Source: Dehalococcoidia bacterium
Lineage (GTDB): Bacteria; Chloroflexota; Dehalococcoidia; Lucifugimonadales; UBA3495
Assembly (NCBI GenBank): GCA_030740155.1
Contig: JASLXV010000032.1
Span: 64,001-128,000, forward strand
Length of the DNA stretch: 64,000 nt
Reading direction: 5' to 3'
The position numbers and the translations under genes were made by a program. A model generated the notes under the pieces. That model saw only the letters and a list, made by a program, of their open reading frames with translations. It was not told the DNA's origin and ran no database searches. Below are positions 39,982 through 49,993 of the stretch, piece by piece (the stretch's first letter is position 1; the number at the start of each line of letters is the position of its first letter).

Positions 39982-40780
39982 GGGCGTTATCCTTGCTCAA
40001 AGGAAATTGATCGACCTTCTTCAGGTATATGACGTTGGGTTTGGTGCCCATCTCTTCCAGCAGACGGTAAACCCGGGTATCGCCCGGATCCAAATGCTCT
40101 CCCCTCTTCCGGGCTTCGATCTGCTCGTTGGCCTCCTTGAAGCGCTCGTGGACCGGCCCGGTAATGTCCCCCTGGTCGGCGAAGGTCAACGCGTTGGTGG
40201 GGCAGGCCGCGACGCAGGCGGGCAGAAGGTTGAGTTCCGCCATCGCCGCATGGTCCAGCGTCCTCCGTTCCCGTCTCTCTACCGTTATTTCGGCCCGGCG
40301 GATCCGTTGGATGCAGAAGGTGCATTTCTCCATGATGCCGCGGCTTCGCACGGTGATGTCGCTGTTCAGTTGGTGTCTCATCCGTTCCGGCCACACCGGC
40401 TCCCACCAGTTGAAGAACCGGGCCTGATAGGTGCAGTTGTTGGCACAGTAGCGGGTGCCGACGCACCGGTTGTAGACTTGAACGTTGAGCCCTTCATCAT
40501 TGTGGTAGGTGGCGTACACCGGGCACACCGGTTCGCACGGGGCGTTCTCGCAGTGCTGGCACATTATCGGAATGAAACGGGCCTTTACGTTGGGGAACTC
40601 CCCTTCCCAGTACCGCTCGATGCGGATCCACTCGAAGGACCTGCCCTTCTGGAAGTAGTCCCTTATGTTGATGGGCAGGTTGTTCTCCGCCTGGCACGAC
40701 ACCACGCAGGCTTGGCACCCGGTACATTGGTCCAGGTCCACAACCATGCCCCATTTGTGATCGATCCTAGGTGTAACCAT
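39971..40780 (-). CDS. actB2: ACIII iron-sulfur subunit ActB2 (4Fe-4S dicluster)
   Basis: DLDQCTGCQACVVSC, CQHCENAPCEPVCP, CVGTRYCANNC, MEKCTFC, PACVAACP. Confidence 0.9.
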   Translation of the reverse strand: MVTPRIDHKWGMVVDLDQCTGCQACVVSCQAENNLPINIRDYFQKGRSFEWIRIERYWEGEFPNVKARFIPIMCQHCENAPCEPVCPVYATYHNDEGLNVQVYNRCVGTRYCANNCTYQARFFNWWEPVWPERMRHQLNSDITVRSRGIMEKCTFCIQRIRRAEITVERRERRTLDHAAMAELNLLPACVAACPTNALTFADQGDITGPVHERFKEANEQIEARKRGEHLDPGDTRVYRLLEEMGTKPNVIYLKKVDQFPLSKDNAHGG

Positions 40781-40871
40781 ATTCCACCCGGCTCTCAGCC
40801 GTCAGCGTTTAGCCATCGTCTTACGGGCATCCAGCCCGTTACTATCAGTACTCGTGCGCTACTCGGGCGCG

Positions 40872-43178
40872 CTACTCAGGCGCGATGGTATGAATAATCC
40901 GCTCACCGTGGGTATTGCCTACTTCCACCGCCCGGACAATTCCCTCGAACTTGGCTATCTTAACCCTTTCTCCCGTGGGGGTCACGGTCACCCGGGTATT
41001 GGCCCACGCCAGCGCCCCGGTCCCGTCAACCTGGCTCGGCTCCAAGATGTCCATGATGTTCGCGCTTTCTTCCTCGGGCCGGTCCGTGGCGTACTCGGAC
41101 CCGTTGCGGCGACCCTGGCCAAGGGGCACGGAGATCGTGCCGGGGGGCACTGCCGGAGTCAGGTACACCATCGCCCGGATGGAGCCCTTGGAAGACTCGA
41201 TGCGGACGACGTCGCCTTCCTTGACCTTCAGCCCTTTGGCGTCATGATCGCTGATCTCCACCCAGGTCTGCCAGGCGACGGTCGACAGCGGGTCGGGCGT
41301 CCCCTGAAGCCAGGGCAGGTGGGCATGGCGGCCGTCCAACAGCGTGTTATGGGCGAAGGGCGTCAGGTAGAACGTGCCGGCGCCCAGGCCCTTGCCGGGG
41401 AACTGGGGCTCCGCCGCCTTGTCCGCGATGCCGCCGAGGAGGCCCTGTTTCGCGTTAATCGCTCCCGGTCCGGCGGTCCCTTCGTCCCACCAGCCGCCGC
41501 GTTGCAGCAGCCTGGTCCAGAACTCTCCGGAGGAAGCGGCCTGGATCGAACCCCGGTTGAGGGCGAAGAGGGCGTCCGAGCTTTCCTTGAGCATCTGTTG
41601 GTAGCTGGGCCAGGGCAGGCTGGCGTCCTTGCCCAGCTCCTGGGCCACGTTCAGAAGAAGGTCCGGGAAGCTCCGGGGGTCCAAATCATGGAGAGGGTTG
41701 ACCACCGGTTGCTGGAACCCGACGACTTCGTAGCCCGGACCCGGCTCCGGGATGTCGGTGCCCCAGTCCTCGAGATACACCCGGTCGGGCAGGACCAGGT
41801 CCGCCATGATGCTGGTCTCGTCCAGGAAGGGCGAGAAGCTGACGATGAACAGGTCGCTGGCACCGGCGATGGCGTCCTTCAATCCGAGGGAGGCGGGCAG
41901 GCCGTGGACCGGGTCCGCTTGATGCAGCAGCAACAGCTTGGTGGCGCCGGTCCGCAGGCTATCGACTTCGGTTCTCCACTGGGACAAGGTGGCCGTTTCT
42001 CCGGCCGCCGGCGCCTCATCCAGGGGGCTGTTGGGATTGAACCTGATGCCACCCTTGGCGCCCACGCTTCCCACCAGGTAGTTGAGGGCGTAGATGGCCT
42101 CCAGGTTGAACAGGCCGTTTGTGTGGGCCCCCGCCGATCCTCCGCCGATGGCCAGGCTGGGGCTCCCACCGGCGAACTCCCGGGCCAAGCTGCGGATGGT
42201 GTCGACGCGAGCCTGGTCTCCGATGATCTCGGCGAGGAAAACCTTGTCGGCAACGACCTCGGGCCGGAAGGCTTCGAGTGCCGCTGCTCCCTTGCCGCCG
42301 GTCAAGGCCCCGACGTTCACGCCATCTGCCTGCAGGCCCTCGGAGATGATGACGTAGGCTAGGCTCAGGGCCAGGTGTCCTTCCCAGCCGGGCCGGATGG
42401 GGATCCACCGGTCGGCGTTCGCCGCCGTCATGGAGAAACGGGGGTCGACGTGATAGAAGGTCCCTCGCTTCCGCCCCTCTCCCTGGCGGAACTGGCCGTA
42501 GCCCTGGTTCCAGCGGGTGGGTGACACCCAGGTGGAGAGGAAATCGGCGCCGAAGGTCAGCAGGAACCCGGCGTTTTCGATGTCGAAGTCGGGCAGCAGG
42601 TCCTGGCCGAAGACGTTCTTGACCGCGGTGCGGTAGGTGTTGTCGTCCAACGCCTCGAAGCCAAGGTGCCGTCCACCCACTTCCTTGGAAAAGCGGCTGA
42701 CCACGGTAGCCAGGTGACCGCGCAGGGGCTCGGTAACCGCCAGCATCCCAGCGCCCCGTTCGTCCAACTTCTGCCGGAGGGTGTCCATGGCGCTGGCCCA
42801 AGAGACCGGCGTGAACTGGCCGGAACCTCGGGGCCCGCTGCTCTGCATGGGACCGGCGACCCGGTCCGGATGGTACAGAGCCTGGAGGCCGGCGTCGCAC
42901 CGGGCGCTCTGCTTCCCCAGGTTAATGGGGTAGAGGGGGTTGCCCTGGATCTTCTTAGCCCGGCCTTCCATCACCCGAACCAGGATGCCCTCTCCGGTTG
43001 GGCAATTGCGGCAGAGGGTCGCGTACCAGTTATCGGACCCCTTTACCAGGTCTTCGGGCAGCATTGCCGGGCTCTGAATATCCAGTTCCCCGTGACGGAT
43101 TCCAAATCCTTCACAGGCTACCGCCCCAACGGCGGAGATACCGGCCCACGCTAGAAAGTTGCGCCGCGTCAGTTTCAT
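40872..43178 (-). CDS. actB1: ACIII ActB1 molybdopterin-oxidoreductase-like subunit (Tat substrate)
   Basis: TRRNFL Tat signal, GRAKKIQGNP.YP, YHPDR, FGADFL.TW, ADLVLP, PWLQ..PDP...W.TWVE. Confidence 0.88.
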   Translation of the reverse strand: MKLTRRNFLAWAGISAVGAVACEGFGIRHGELDIQSPAMLPEDLVKGSDNWYATLCRNCPTGEGILVRVMEGRAKKIQGNPLYPINLGKQSARCDAGLQALYHPDRVAGPMQSSGPRGSGQFTPVSWASAMDTLRQKLDERGAGMLAVTEPLRGHLATVVSRFSKEVGGRHLGFEALDDNTYRTAVKNVFGQDLLPDFDIENAGFLLTFGADFLSTWVSPTRWNQGYGQFRQGEGRKRGTFYHVDPRFSMTAANADRWIPIRPGWEGHLALSLAYVIISEGLQADGVNVGALTGGKGAAALEAFRPEVVADKVFLAEIIGDQARVDTIRSLAREFAGGSPSLAIGGGSAGAHTNGLFNLEAIYALNYLVGSVGAKGGIRFNPNSPLDEAPAAGETATLSQWRTEVDSLRTGATKLLLLHQADPVHGLPASLGLKDAIAGASDLFIVSFSPFLDETSIMADLVLPDRVYLEDWGTDIPEPGPGYEVVGFQQPVVNPLHDLDPRSFPDLLLNVAQELGKDASLPWPSYQQMLKESSDALFALNRGSIQAASSGEFWTRLLQRGGWWDEGTAGPGAINAKQGLLGGIADKAAEPQFPGKGLGAGTFYLTPFAHNTLLDGRHAHLPWLQGTPDPLSTVAWQTWVEISDHDAKGLKVKEGDVVRIESSKGSIRAMVYLTPAVPPGTISVPLGQGRRNGSEYATDRPEEESANIMDILEPSQVDGTGALAWANTRVTVTPTGERVKIAKFEGIVRAVEVGNTHGERIIHTIAPE

Positions 43179-43200
43179 CGGATGAGAACCTTGCTTGTAA

Positions 43201-43842
43201 TCACTTGTGGCACACCGTGCAATCGGTGGGGACGTTGTTCTGCCGGTGGCAGTCCAGGCACGTGCCCATCTTCAGCGATTGGAACCGCTTGGGTTTGACC
43301 TTGGTCATGGCGGCCACGTCGCCGTGGCACGTGGAGCAGACCGCCTGCACTTTCTGTTCGCTGGGGAGGTCCGACGTATCCTGCTGAGTGAAGAACCGGA
43401 TGTGGGCCTCATGGACGAAGCGCACGTGGTCGGGCATCCGGTGCACCCGTTCCCAGTTGATGGGATCGCCGTCAGCGAAGCTCTGGCTGACCTTGGCCAT
43501 CTCCGCCAGGTTCACGTTGGTCAGGCCCACCAGATTCTCGTCGGCGATCTGTTCGTGGCAGAACATACACTGCTCCACCGCGGGTACGGTGGCGGCGGTG
43601 CCCTTGGTCACGTTCCGGTGGCAAAATTCGCACTGGATGCCCGCTCCACCTGTCTCGACAGTTCCCGCGTGGACCGTGTGGGGGAAGGCCACGGGCTGAG
43701 CCGGAGCGTTCCCCAGGCCGAAGGGCGGGTTGGAAAACCAGGAAATGAGCACCACGACGATCACGAAGCCGACTATGAGCGTAACTCCGGCGCTCACCAC
43801 GCCCAACGCCAGCATCTTTCCGCTCAGTCCCATCGGCAGCAA
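43201..43842 (-). CDS. actA: ACIII pentaheme cytochrome c ActA
   Basis: N-terminal TM; QPVAFPH..H; five CxxCH motifs (CEFCH, CMFCH, CSTCH, CLDCH, CTVCH). Confidence 0.92.
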   Translation of the reverse strand: MLPMGLSGKMLALGVVSAGVTLIVGFVIVVVLISWFSNPPFGLGNAPAQPVAFPHTVHAGTVETGGAGIQCEFCHRNVTKGTAATVPAVEQCMFCHEQIADENLVGLTNVNLAEMAKVSQSFADGDPINWERVHRMPDHVRFVHEAHIRFFTQQDTSDLPSEQKVQAVCSTCHGDVAAMTKVKPKRFQSLKMGTCLDCHRQNNVPTDCTVCHK

Positions 43843-43941
43843 AATCCGTCTGTCAATTCAGTAATCCAATCCGATTGAATTCGTTTCGGGCTGCTTATCG
43901 GGCCGCTTTACTTGGAAGAAGCCAGGCCCGGCCCGCCGGGG

Positions 43942-44238
43942 CTAAATCAAGTACCGGTCCCAGAAATTGTCCACTTCCAGCGTTTGGTCGATACCCAGGA
44001 CCAGAATGGTGACAGCGACGAGCAACACCAGAAACGCGAACCCGGTCAGCGGAACTCTGAACCGGTGGGCCGTCTGAGGTAGTTGGCCGGTCATTATCAG
44101 GGATGGTATCAGCGCGTGGGCGACCAGCATCGTAATCGCGAACGTGACGATCAAAGGAACATAAGTCCAGAACAACTGAAGCCAAATATGGATGTCGTTC
44201 CAATTGGCGTTGGTCAACGCTTTGGGATCGTCAAACAT
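43942..44238 (-). CDS. Small two-TM membrane protein heading the act operon
   Basis: MFDDPKALTNANW..LVAHALIPSL..TG.LP..R..L; lies between a putative promoter and actA. Confidence 0.6.
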   Translation of the reverse strand: MFDDPKALTNANWNDIHIWLQLFWTYVPLIVTFAITMLVAHALIPSLIMTGQLPQTAHRFRVPLTGFAFLVLLVAVTILVLGIDQTLEVDNFWDRYLI

Positions 44239-44302
44239 CTTGAGTGCTGCACCGCCAGGGGCTTGGTTTGGGGCAGGACGCGCCTCAACGGAAGCCAGGT
44301 GA

Positions 44303-44331
44303 AAAATATCACAGCACCCTATGAGTGTCAA
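44303..44331 (-). promoter_or_regulatory. Putative promoter of the act operon
   Basis: TTGACA-17 nt-TATTTT on minus strand. Confidence 0.5.
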
Positions 44332-44484
44332 GGGGATGGCAGCGCCAATCTCTCCCGCCAAGGGTCCAACCGGCGTGGCTGCAACACCAGGCGGTGGCGC
44401 CGCAAACCGAAAGAGTAGGACCTGCTTGCAGTATTATTTCGGAGCAATAATCTCCGTGGCGGGCGCTTCGTGAACGCAATTCAG

Positions 44485-44513
44485 TTGACTGGCATCTGGC
44501 GCAGATTTATAAT
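44485..44513 (+). promoter_or_regulatory. Near-consensus sigma70 promoter
   Basis: TTGACT-17 nt-TATAAT. Confidence 0.7.
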
Positions 44514-44611
44514 ACAACTCCGGGATTGGGTTGCGGAATTGGGGTATGGAACTTCTCGCTAGAATCCGGGCACGGTCTTTTCGGGCCGTTCACCTGGGAG
44601 GGAAGGAAAAC

Positions 44612-46363
44612 ATGGGTTGGTTCTCTATACTCAAGATCGGCAAGCGCAAGTCGCGGCCGGATCCTCCGGAGGATGACTCGGGCGAATTTGAAATTGAACT
44701 GGATGCGACTACCGCAGACACCCCATCTCCGTTGGTGGACGAAATCGGCAGTATTGAGACTGCCGCCGGGGGATCGCCGTCGAGCGGGGAACCTGATTTG
44801 GGAGGGCCGCCGGAGGATGAACCGGAGGATGAAGATGAGGATGAGGATGAAGAAACGGTGACGGCAGGATCTGATCAGGAGCCGCCAGCGGCGGGATCGC
44901 TGGCTTCCAGGACTCCAAATCCAAACCTACCGCAAATGTACAAGACGTGGGTTGAGCTTGAAGAAACTATAGGCACGGCCCGAGACGGGATGGAATCGAT
45001 GCTCGCCAACCGAAATATGGCGTCGGCATCGAGAGAGGTGGCCCGGGAGACTCTGGAACAGGCCGAAGCGGCCTGGGAAGAGGCCCGGCGTCTGGGAGAC
45101 GTGACCTGGCGGGCCTTTGACCAGGGTTTCACCGCTAACCTGCCCGGCATCGCGGAACGGTTGAGGACCATCAAAGAGGTCGACGAGGCCCGAAGAGCCC
45201 AAGCTGATCTGCGATGGGCCAGCCAGGAAGCGGCCTGGAAAGAGGCCGACGGGGCCCGGCAAAAGGCCACGGCGGGGCTCCTGAAGGCGATTGCCTCCCT
45301 CGCGGCCGCGGCCGTCCAGGTAGAGGGAGATGAGGGAATCGGGCAATCTGTCCGCCTTCGCCGAATCTCTCAGAAAATCCGCATTGGAGGACTTGACGGG
45401 CGCCCAAGCCATACGCGACGAACTGGCACTTTTGGGGCAGAGGGCCCTGGACGAATTGAAGAAAGACCACCTCTCGGCAGAAGCATTTCCGGAAGTGAGA
45501 ATGATGCCCAAGCCGGCCGGATCAAGGCCGGAAATCCAGGGGGAACCCGTCGCTCCTCTCCCGGCGGAGCTGGACGATTCCCCTGACGTTCCCCCCGACG
45601 TTTCCGATGAGGATGACACCCCTCCCAGCACTGGGGGAAAACGGCTGCGGCGGAAGCCTGAGACCCTCGAAAAGCCGGCTGCCGCCAAAGTGGAACCCCC
45701 GGCCCCCCCGGCGGGGGAAAACGGGGGAAGTGTCCCGGCGGCCACGGAGCGGGCCGAGGCTATAACCCCACCGAAGGTGGTGGAGGCCGGAGCAGGTCCG
45801 CCGCTGTCGGCAGCCGAGCAGCTCCGGAGGGAATTCGCGGCGGGAGCCCACCCACCCCGGTCCCCGGAAAGCGGGGCCCCGGTCTCCCCAACCGGGGGGC
45901 CGGTCACCGGGTGGAGCCGACGCAAAACGCTCCCGGAGCCGCGGCGGAAGAGCTGAGAGTAGAGATGGCGGCCCCGCGGCCCCCGGTGGCGGGTGTCCAG
46001 CAGCCGGGCGGAGTAATTCCCATGCCGGCCTCCGTCGACCCGGCCGTTTCCGAGGCTGGGGTTGCGGGACAGCCCGCTGCGGCAGCCCCCGGGCCGGAGA
46101 CGTACACGGGGCGTCTCTACCTGATGTTCCCGTCAACCCTCGGGCAAGATGACATCGGGTCCGTTTGGGAGATCCTGGAGGCCGTGGCCGCGGGCAGCAT
46201 CGTGGAGAACCGGCTCATTTCCAGGGAGGCCGGAATTCAGTTCACCCTCGACCTTGGCAGCAAGCTGTTTACGGTGGAGGACATGCGCAAGCGAATGCTG
46301 GGAGCCCGGCTGGAAGCGCTCGGGCTGGATCGGCTGAGGGTTGACTGGCCACGCGTCGGCTAG
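44612..46363 (+). pseudogene. Acidic / coiled-coil / Pro-rich hypothetical protein split by two frameshifts (~45325, ~45897)
   Basis: Three overlapping plus-strand ORFs (44531, 45330, 45911) join end to end; AAEQLRREFAA and AAEELRVEMAA repeat across the second junction; ATG 44612 follows GGAAGG. Confidence 0.6.
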
Positions 46364-46402
46364 CACGGGGTCAGCCCGGCTACGGCCGGCGGGGGAACGT
46401 CC

Positions 46403-47317
46403 TCAGGCTCCGGGAGGGTTGCGCCGGTACCAATCGATTATCTGGGAGCCGGTGGCGGACCACACTCCCTGCCGGCGAGTCATGTATCCCAGGGCATCGT
46501 CCAGGTAGCCGATTCGGAAAGGCTGGCCGATGAGCCACGGGTGAAGGTTCACGGTCAGCACCCGTCCGTTCTGCTCTCCGTCCCGGTACATCGTGTCGAA
46601 GCACTCTTTGAGCGACTCCCCGTACCGGTCGATGGGGACGTGCCGGGTCCACAGGGCCTGCACGTCGTCCAGGTCCACCATGATGGGAAGCGCGAACAGC
46701 TCACCCGCATCACCCTTCATGGGATAGGGTTGCTCGTCGTTGCCCCAATCGCAAACGTAGCCGATTCCCGCCTGGGCCAGCAACTGGGGCGTCCTGGGTG
46801 ACTCCCCGTATTCCGGCCCCAACCAGCCGGTTGGGGCCTTACCGGTGGCCTGCTTGAGGGCTTCCACCGAGGTCCGGATGTAGCTCCGCTCCTCCTCTTC
46901 AGGCATCTGGCCGGTGATCATCCGGCTGACCGATATTCCGTGGCCGATGATCTCGCATCCGCGCTCCAGGCAGTGGCGGACCAGGTACGGATAGTTCTCC
47001 GCGGTCTTCACATCCATGGCCACCGTGGCCTTGACGCCATGCTTTTCCAGGGCATCAAGGACTCGGAAGATGCCGACGCGATGGCCGTACTCACGGTGGG
47101 TCAAGCGGGGGAAGTCGGGGAAGGGGCGGGGAGCGATTCCCCCGGCCAGGACGGTGGTGATGCTGCCCTCCGGCGGGTACCACTCCATGTGTTCCAGGTT
47201 GACGATGACGCAGAGGGCGAGCCTCGCGTTATCCGGCCAGCGCAGTACCCCCCGGCTGGGGAAGGGAGACCAGTCATAGTGTTCGTGGTCCATCCCGAAA
47301 CGGCGTTGAGCGGGCAT
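46403..47317 (-). CDS. Polysaccharide deacetylase / PuuE-like amidohydrolase (paralogue B)
   Basis: WPDNARLA, REYGHRVGIFR, IIGHG, GWLGP, DW.NDEQP, LHPWLIGQPFRI. Confidence 0.88.
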   Translation of the reverse strand: MPAQRRFGMDHEHYDWSPFPSRGVLRWPDNARLALCVIVNLEHMEWYPPEGSITTVLAGGIAPRPFPDFPRLTHREYGHRVGIFRVLDALEKHGVKATVAMDVKTAENYPYLVRHCLERGCEIIGHGISVSRMITGQMPEEEERSYIRTSVEALKQATGKAPTGWLGPEYGESPRTPQLLAQAGIGYVCDWGNDEQPYPMKGDAGELFALPIMVDLDDVQALWTRHVPIDRYGESLKECFDTMYRDGEQNGRVLTVNLHPWLIGQPFRIGYLDDALGYMTRRQGVWSATGSQIIDWYRRNPPGA

Positions 47318-47493
47318 GGCGGCACCTCTCTCCTGTGCGGCTGCCTAATCGGCGAATAGTCAGACGGGTCCTGGTTCCCAATTGGGACCCTCTCCTCGCT
47401 TCCCGGTCATGGAGAAGGCGGGAGCCGGGCTGAAAACGAGTCATGCGCCCTTTGGGTTCGGGTGGCGGGCGCCGAGGCTCCGAGGGACCTTGC

Positions 47494-48402
47494 CTAGGCC
47501 TTGAACTGCCGGGCGTGCTCCACCGCCTGGTCGTAGTAGTTGGCGATATAGTACTCGGCGATATCGTCGGCGGTGGTCTGCCACACCCCGTCGTGGGACA
47601 TGATGTAGCCCAGAAGATCATCCAGGTATTTGATCCGGTGGGGCTGGCCCATGACGTACGGGTGAAGGGCGATGCACATGACGCGGCCGCTCTGTTCACC
47701 CTCTTTGTAGAGCTGGTCGAACTGGTCCTTGCAGATCCGGGCGAAGTAGTCACCTTCGTAGTTGGCCCGGAACAGGGGTGCGTCGTTCAGCTCGACGGAG
47801 TAGGGCACCGAAACGAGCGTTCCCGACTTCACCCGGATGGGCACCGGCTGGTCGTCGTGCATCCAGTCGGTGTGGTAGATCAGGCCGGCCTCGGCCATCA
47901 GGTCGGGGGTGGCCTCGGTGTCCGAGACGGCCGGCCCCAGCATGCCCTTGAGCTGTTTTCCGGTATGCTTCCGCAGGGTTTCGATACAGTCCCGGTAGAA
48001 CTCCCGTTCCTCCTCCTCCGTATAGGTGTTGAGGTAGCGGGTGTTGTAGATGCCGTGGCTCATGAAGTCCCAATCCCTCTCGACCATGGCCTTGGCGACT
48101 TCCGGGTAGTGCTCCAGCACCGCCATGTTGAGGGAAACGCAGCACCGGATCTGGTGGCGGTCCATGACCTCCAGCATTCGCCAGAAGCCCACCCGGTTCC
48201 CGTAGTCGCGGTTTGAGTACTGCTGGACATCGGGATAGGGGGTGCGGGGCCAGGGGTCTCGCTTCCCGTCATAGTCGGGGAGATACTCGTAGTGCTCGAC
48301 GTTGGGTGAGACCCACAGGGCCACCCGGGCGCCGTTGGGCCACTCCAGGCGCGGCCTCTCGATGATGGGGCTGTAGTCCACCCGGTCAGGGGGCAGCGGC
48401 AT
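47494..48402 (-). CDS. Polysaccharide deacetylase / PuuE-like amidohydrolase (paralogue A)
   Basis: WPNGARVALW, RDYGNRVGFWR, MSHG, DW.HDDQP, PYSVELND, LHPY..GQPHRI. Confidence 0.9.
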   Translation of the reverse strand: MPLPPDRVDYSPIIERPRLEWPNGARVALWVSPNVEHYEYLPDYDGKRDPWPRTPYPDVQQYSNRDYGNRVGFWRMLEVMDRHQIRCCVSLNMAVLEHYPEVAKAMVERDWDFMSHGIYNTRYLNTYTEEEEREFYRDCIETLRKHTGKQLKGMLGPAVSDTEATPDLMAEAGLIYHTDWMHDDQPVPIRVKSGTLVSVPYSVELNDAPLFRANYEGDYFARICKDQFDQLYKEGEQSGRVMCIALHPYVMGQPHRIKYLDDLLGYIMSHDGVWQTTADDIAEYYIANYYDQAVEHARQFKA

Positions 48403-48419
48403 GGGAACCCACCTCCCGT

Positions 48420-49232
48420 TCAGATCATGATGTTCATCTGGGCTACGATCGCCTCACCAAGGGCCCGGTCCCCTCGAATCTTCACCTTGCCGGAACCGAT
48501 CACCTGGGCAGGCTCCCAGCGGCCGCAGCCCAGGCACGCGAAGGTCTCCGCTTCCATGGTCAGGGACACCGTGGGCCGGGCCGGCGCCTGATCCAATTCC
48601 CGGGCGCGGGTCCCTTCCACGCCCACGGGCACGATGCGCCCCGCCGGCCCGGTGATGTCGAACACCACCGTGGCGCCGTCAGGGGTTTGGGCCTTCTTGG
48701 CTACCACATAGGGCATGGCCATGGCCACCCGGCCCACGGAGTGCTCGGCCACCGGCCCTGCCAGGTTTCCGGCCCGTCCCAGGGCGCGACGCATGTCCTG
48801 CTCGTGGACCCAGGCATCGAAGATGCGTATCCGGATAAAGTCGCGCATGGGCGCCCGGCCGATGGGCGTGTCAGTCTCTGCCTCGAATTCATCCGGCGTC
48901 AAGGCCCGGAGAAGCTTCAACCGCTCGGCGGTTGCCTCTTGGAACTCCTCCAGCACCTCGGCCCCGGTCCGGGGGCGCCGCCAGTCCACCACCACCTCGT
49001 TTCTCCGGCCCGTGTCGTTCTTCACGTGGCTCATCTCGGGTGGTGTGTGGTCTGGGGCCGGCCGCCCCAGCAGTCGGCACTCGGAACCGGCCAGGTGCGA
49101 GAGTTGGTCCTGCACCGACCAGCCGGGGCAATCGGTTGGCGTCTTCCAGTCCCGTTCGGTAAAGGGAGAGCAGAGGCCGGCGATGGACTGCCAGACCTGC
49201 TCCATGATGTCGACGAGTTCCTGGTCCGTCAT
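48420..49232 (-). CDS. Mycothiol-dependent maleylpyruvate isomerase (MDMPI/DinB-like) family protein with SCP2-like C-terminus
   Basis: PTDCPGWSVQD..SHL, R.FD.WVHEQD.RRA. Confidence 0.88.
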   Translation of the reverse strand: MTDQELVDIMEQVWQSIAGLCSPFTERDWKTPTDCPGWSVQDQLSHLAGSECRLLGRPAPDHTPPEMSHVKNDTGRRNEVVVDWRRPRTGAEVLEEFQEATAERLKLLRALTPDEFEAETDTPIGRAPMRDFIRIRIFDAWVHEQDMRRALGRAGNLAGPVAEHSVGRVAMAMPYVVAKKAQTPDGATVVFDITGPAGRIVPVGVEGTRARELDQAPARPTVSLTMEAETFACLGCGRWEPAQVIGSGKVKIRGDRALGEAIVAQMNIMI

Positions 49233-49289
49233 ACGCGCAATCCCTCCGTGAATCAGCGTGGCCCAGAGGGGAATCCGGATCTTGTTTGG

Positions 49290-49793
49290 CTACGTGCCGC
49301 CCGTCTGTTCCCGCTCGATCCTGCGGCGCTCCCGGTTGGTGATCAACCGCACCGCTTCGTGCGCGCCCATGCGGCCCACCGGGCCGGAGGCGTACATGGA
49401 GCCCAGGACCACGCCGCCGCGTCCCAGCAGGAACTCCGCCGGCTGAATGGAGCCGTCGTGTTCTTCACCCCACCAGGCGCCGGCCAGATCGCCGTCCTCC
49501 CTGGTCGCGCCGTAGGCCATGTTGAAGCTGAGGCCCTTCCCCGCTACCTCTTTGGCGTGTTCCAGCGAGTCGGTGCTCACGGCGTAGATCGTGGCATCCA
49601 GGGCATCCAACTCGGGCTTCTTCGCTTCCCATTCGGCCAACTGCCGATGGCAATAGGGTCACCAGTGGCCCCGGTAGAAGAGGACCGCGGTGTAGCGGCT
49701 CGGCGCGTCGGCCGGGATTTGAATCGTTCCTCCGTCAATCAGCTTCAAGGTCAGCTGCGGAAACCGGTCGCCCTGTTGTAGCATTTTGCCCAT
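49290..49793 (-). CDS. Peroxiredoxin-like (AhpC/TSA) selenoprotein, Sec at codon 45 (UxxC)
   Basis: MGKMLQQGDRFPQLTL..VLFYRGHW-TGA(49659-49661)-PYCHRQLAEW..AVSTD..QPAEF..Y.SGPVGR; frame is open on both sides of the TGA. Confidence 0.88.
49629..49650 (-). promoter_or_regulatory. SECIS-like hairpin
   Basis: CCA-TCGGC-AGTTG-GCCGA-A-TGG; loop starts 16 nt after UGA with G at loop position 2. Confidence 0.6.
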
Positions 49794-49993
49794 AATAACC
49801 TCATGCATCGGTGCGTAGCCGGATCATTGGCGAAAGGGGGCCGGCGCCGTGGGGCTATCATACTGACTGGACTACCCATTGGCAACACTGGGGCAATACT
49901 GGTTTTGCACCGGCATTTCGCGGTTTGCGTTGACGGGCCCCACCGCCTGGGATAAGCTGCGGCTGGCATAGGCGGCCACGAAGGAGGTGCAAG

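Noticed and set aside
40872..43178. Catalytic molybdoenzyme (DMSO/polysulfide reductase)
   Set aside because: The actA/C/D/E context and degenerate N-terminal Cys motif fit ActB1, which is not known to bind Mo cofactor.
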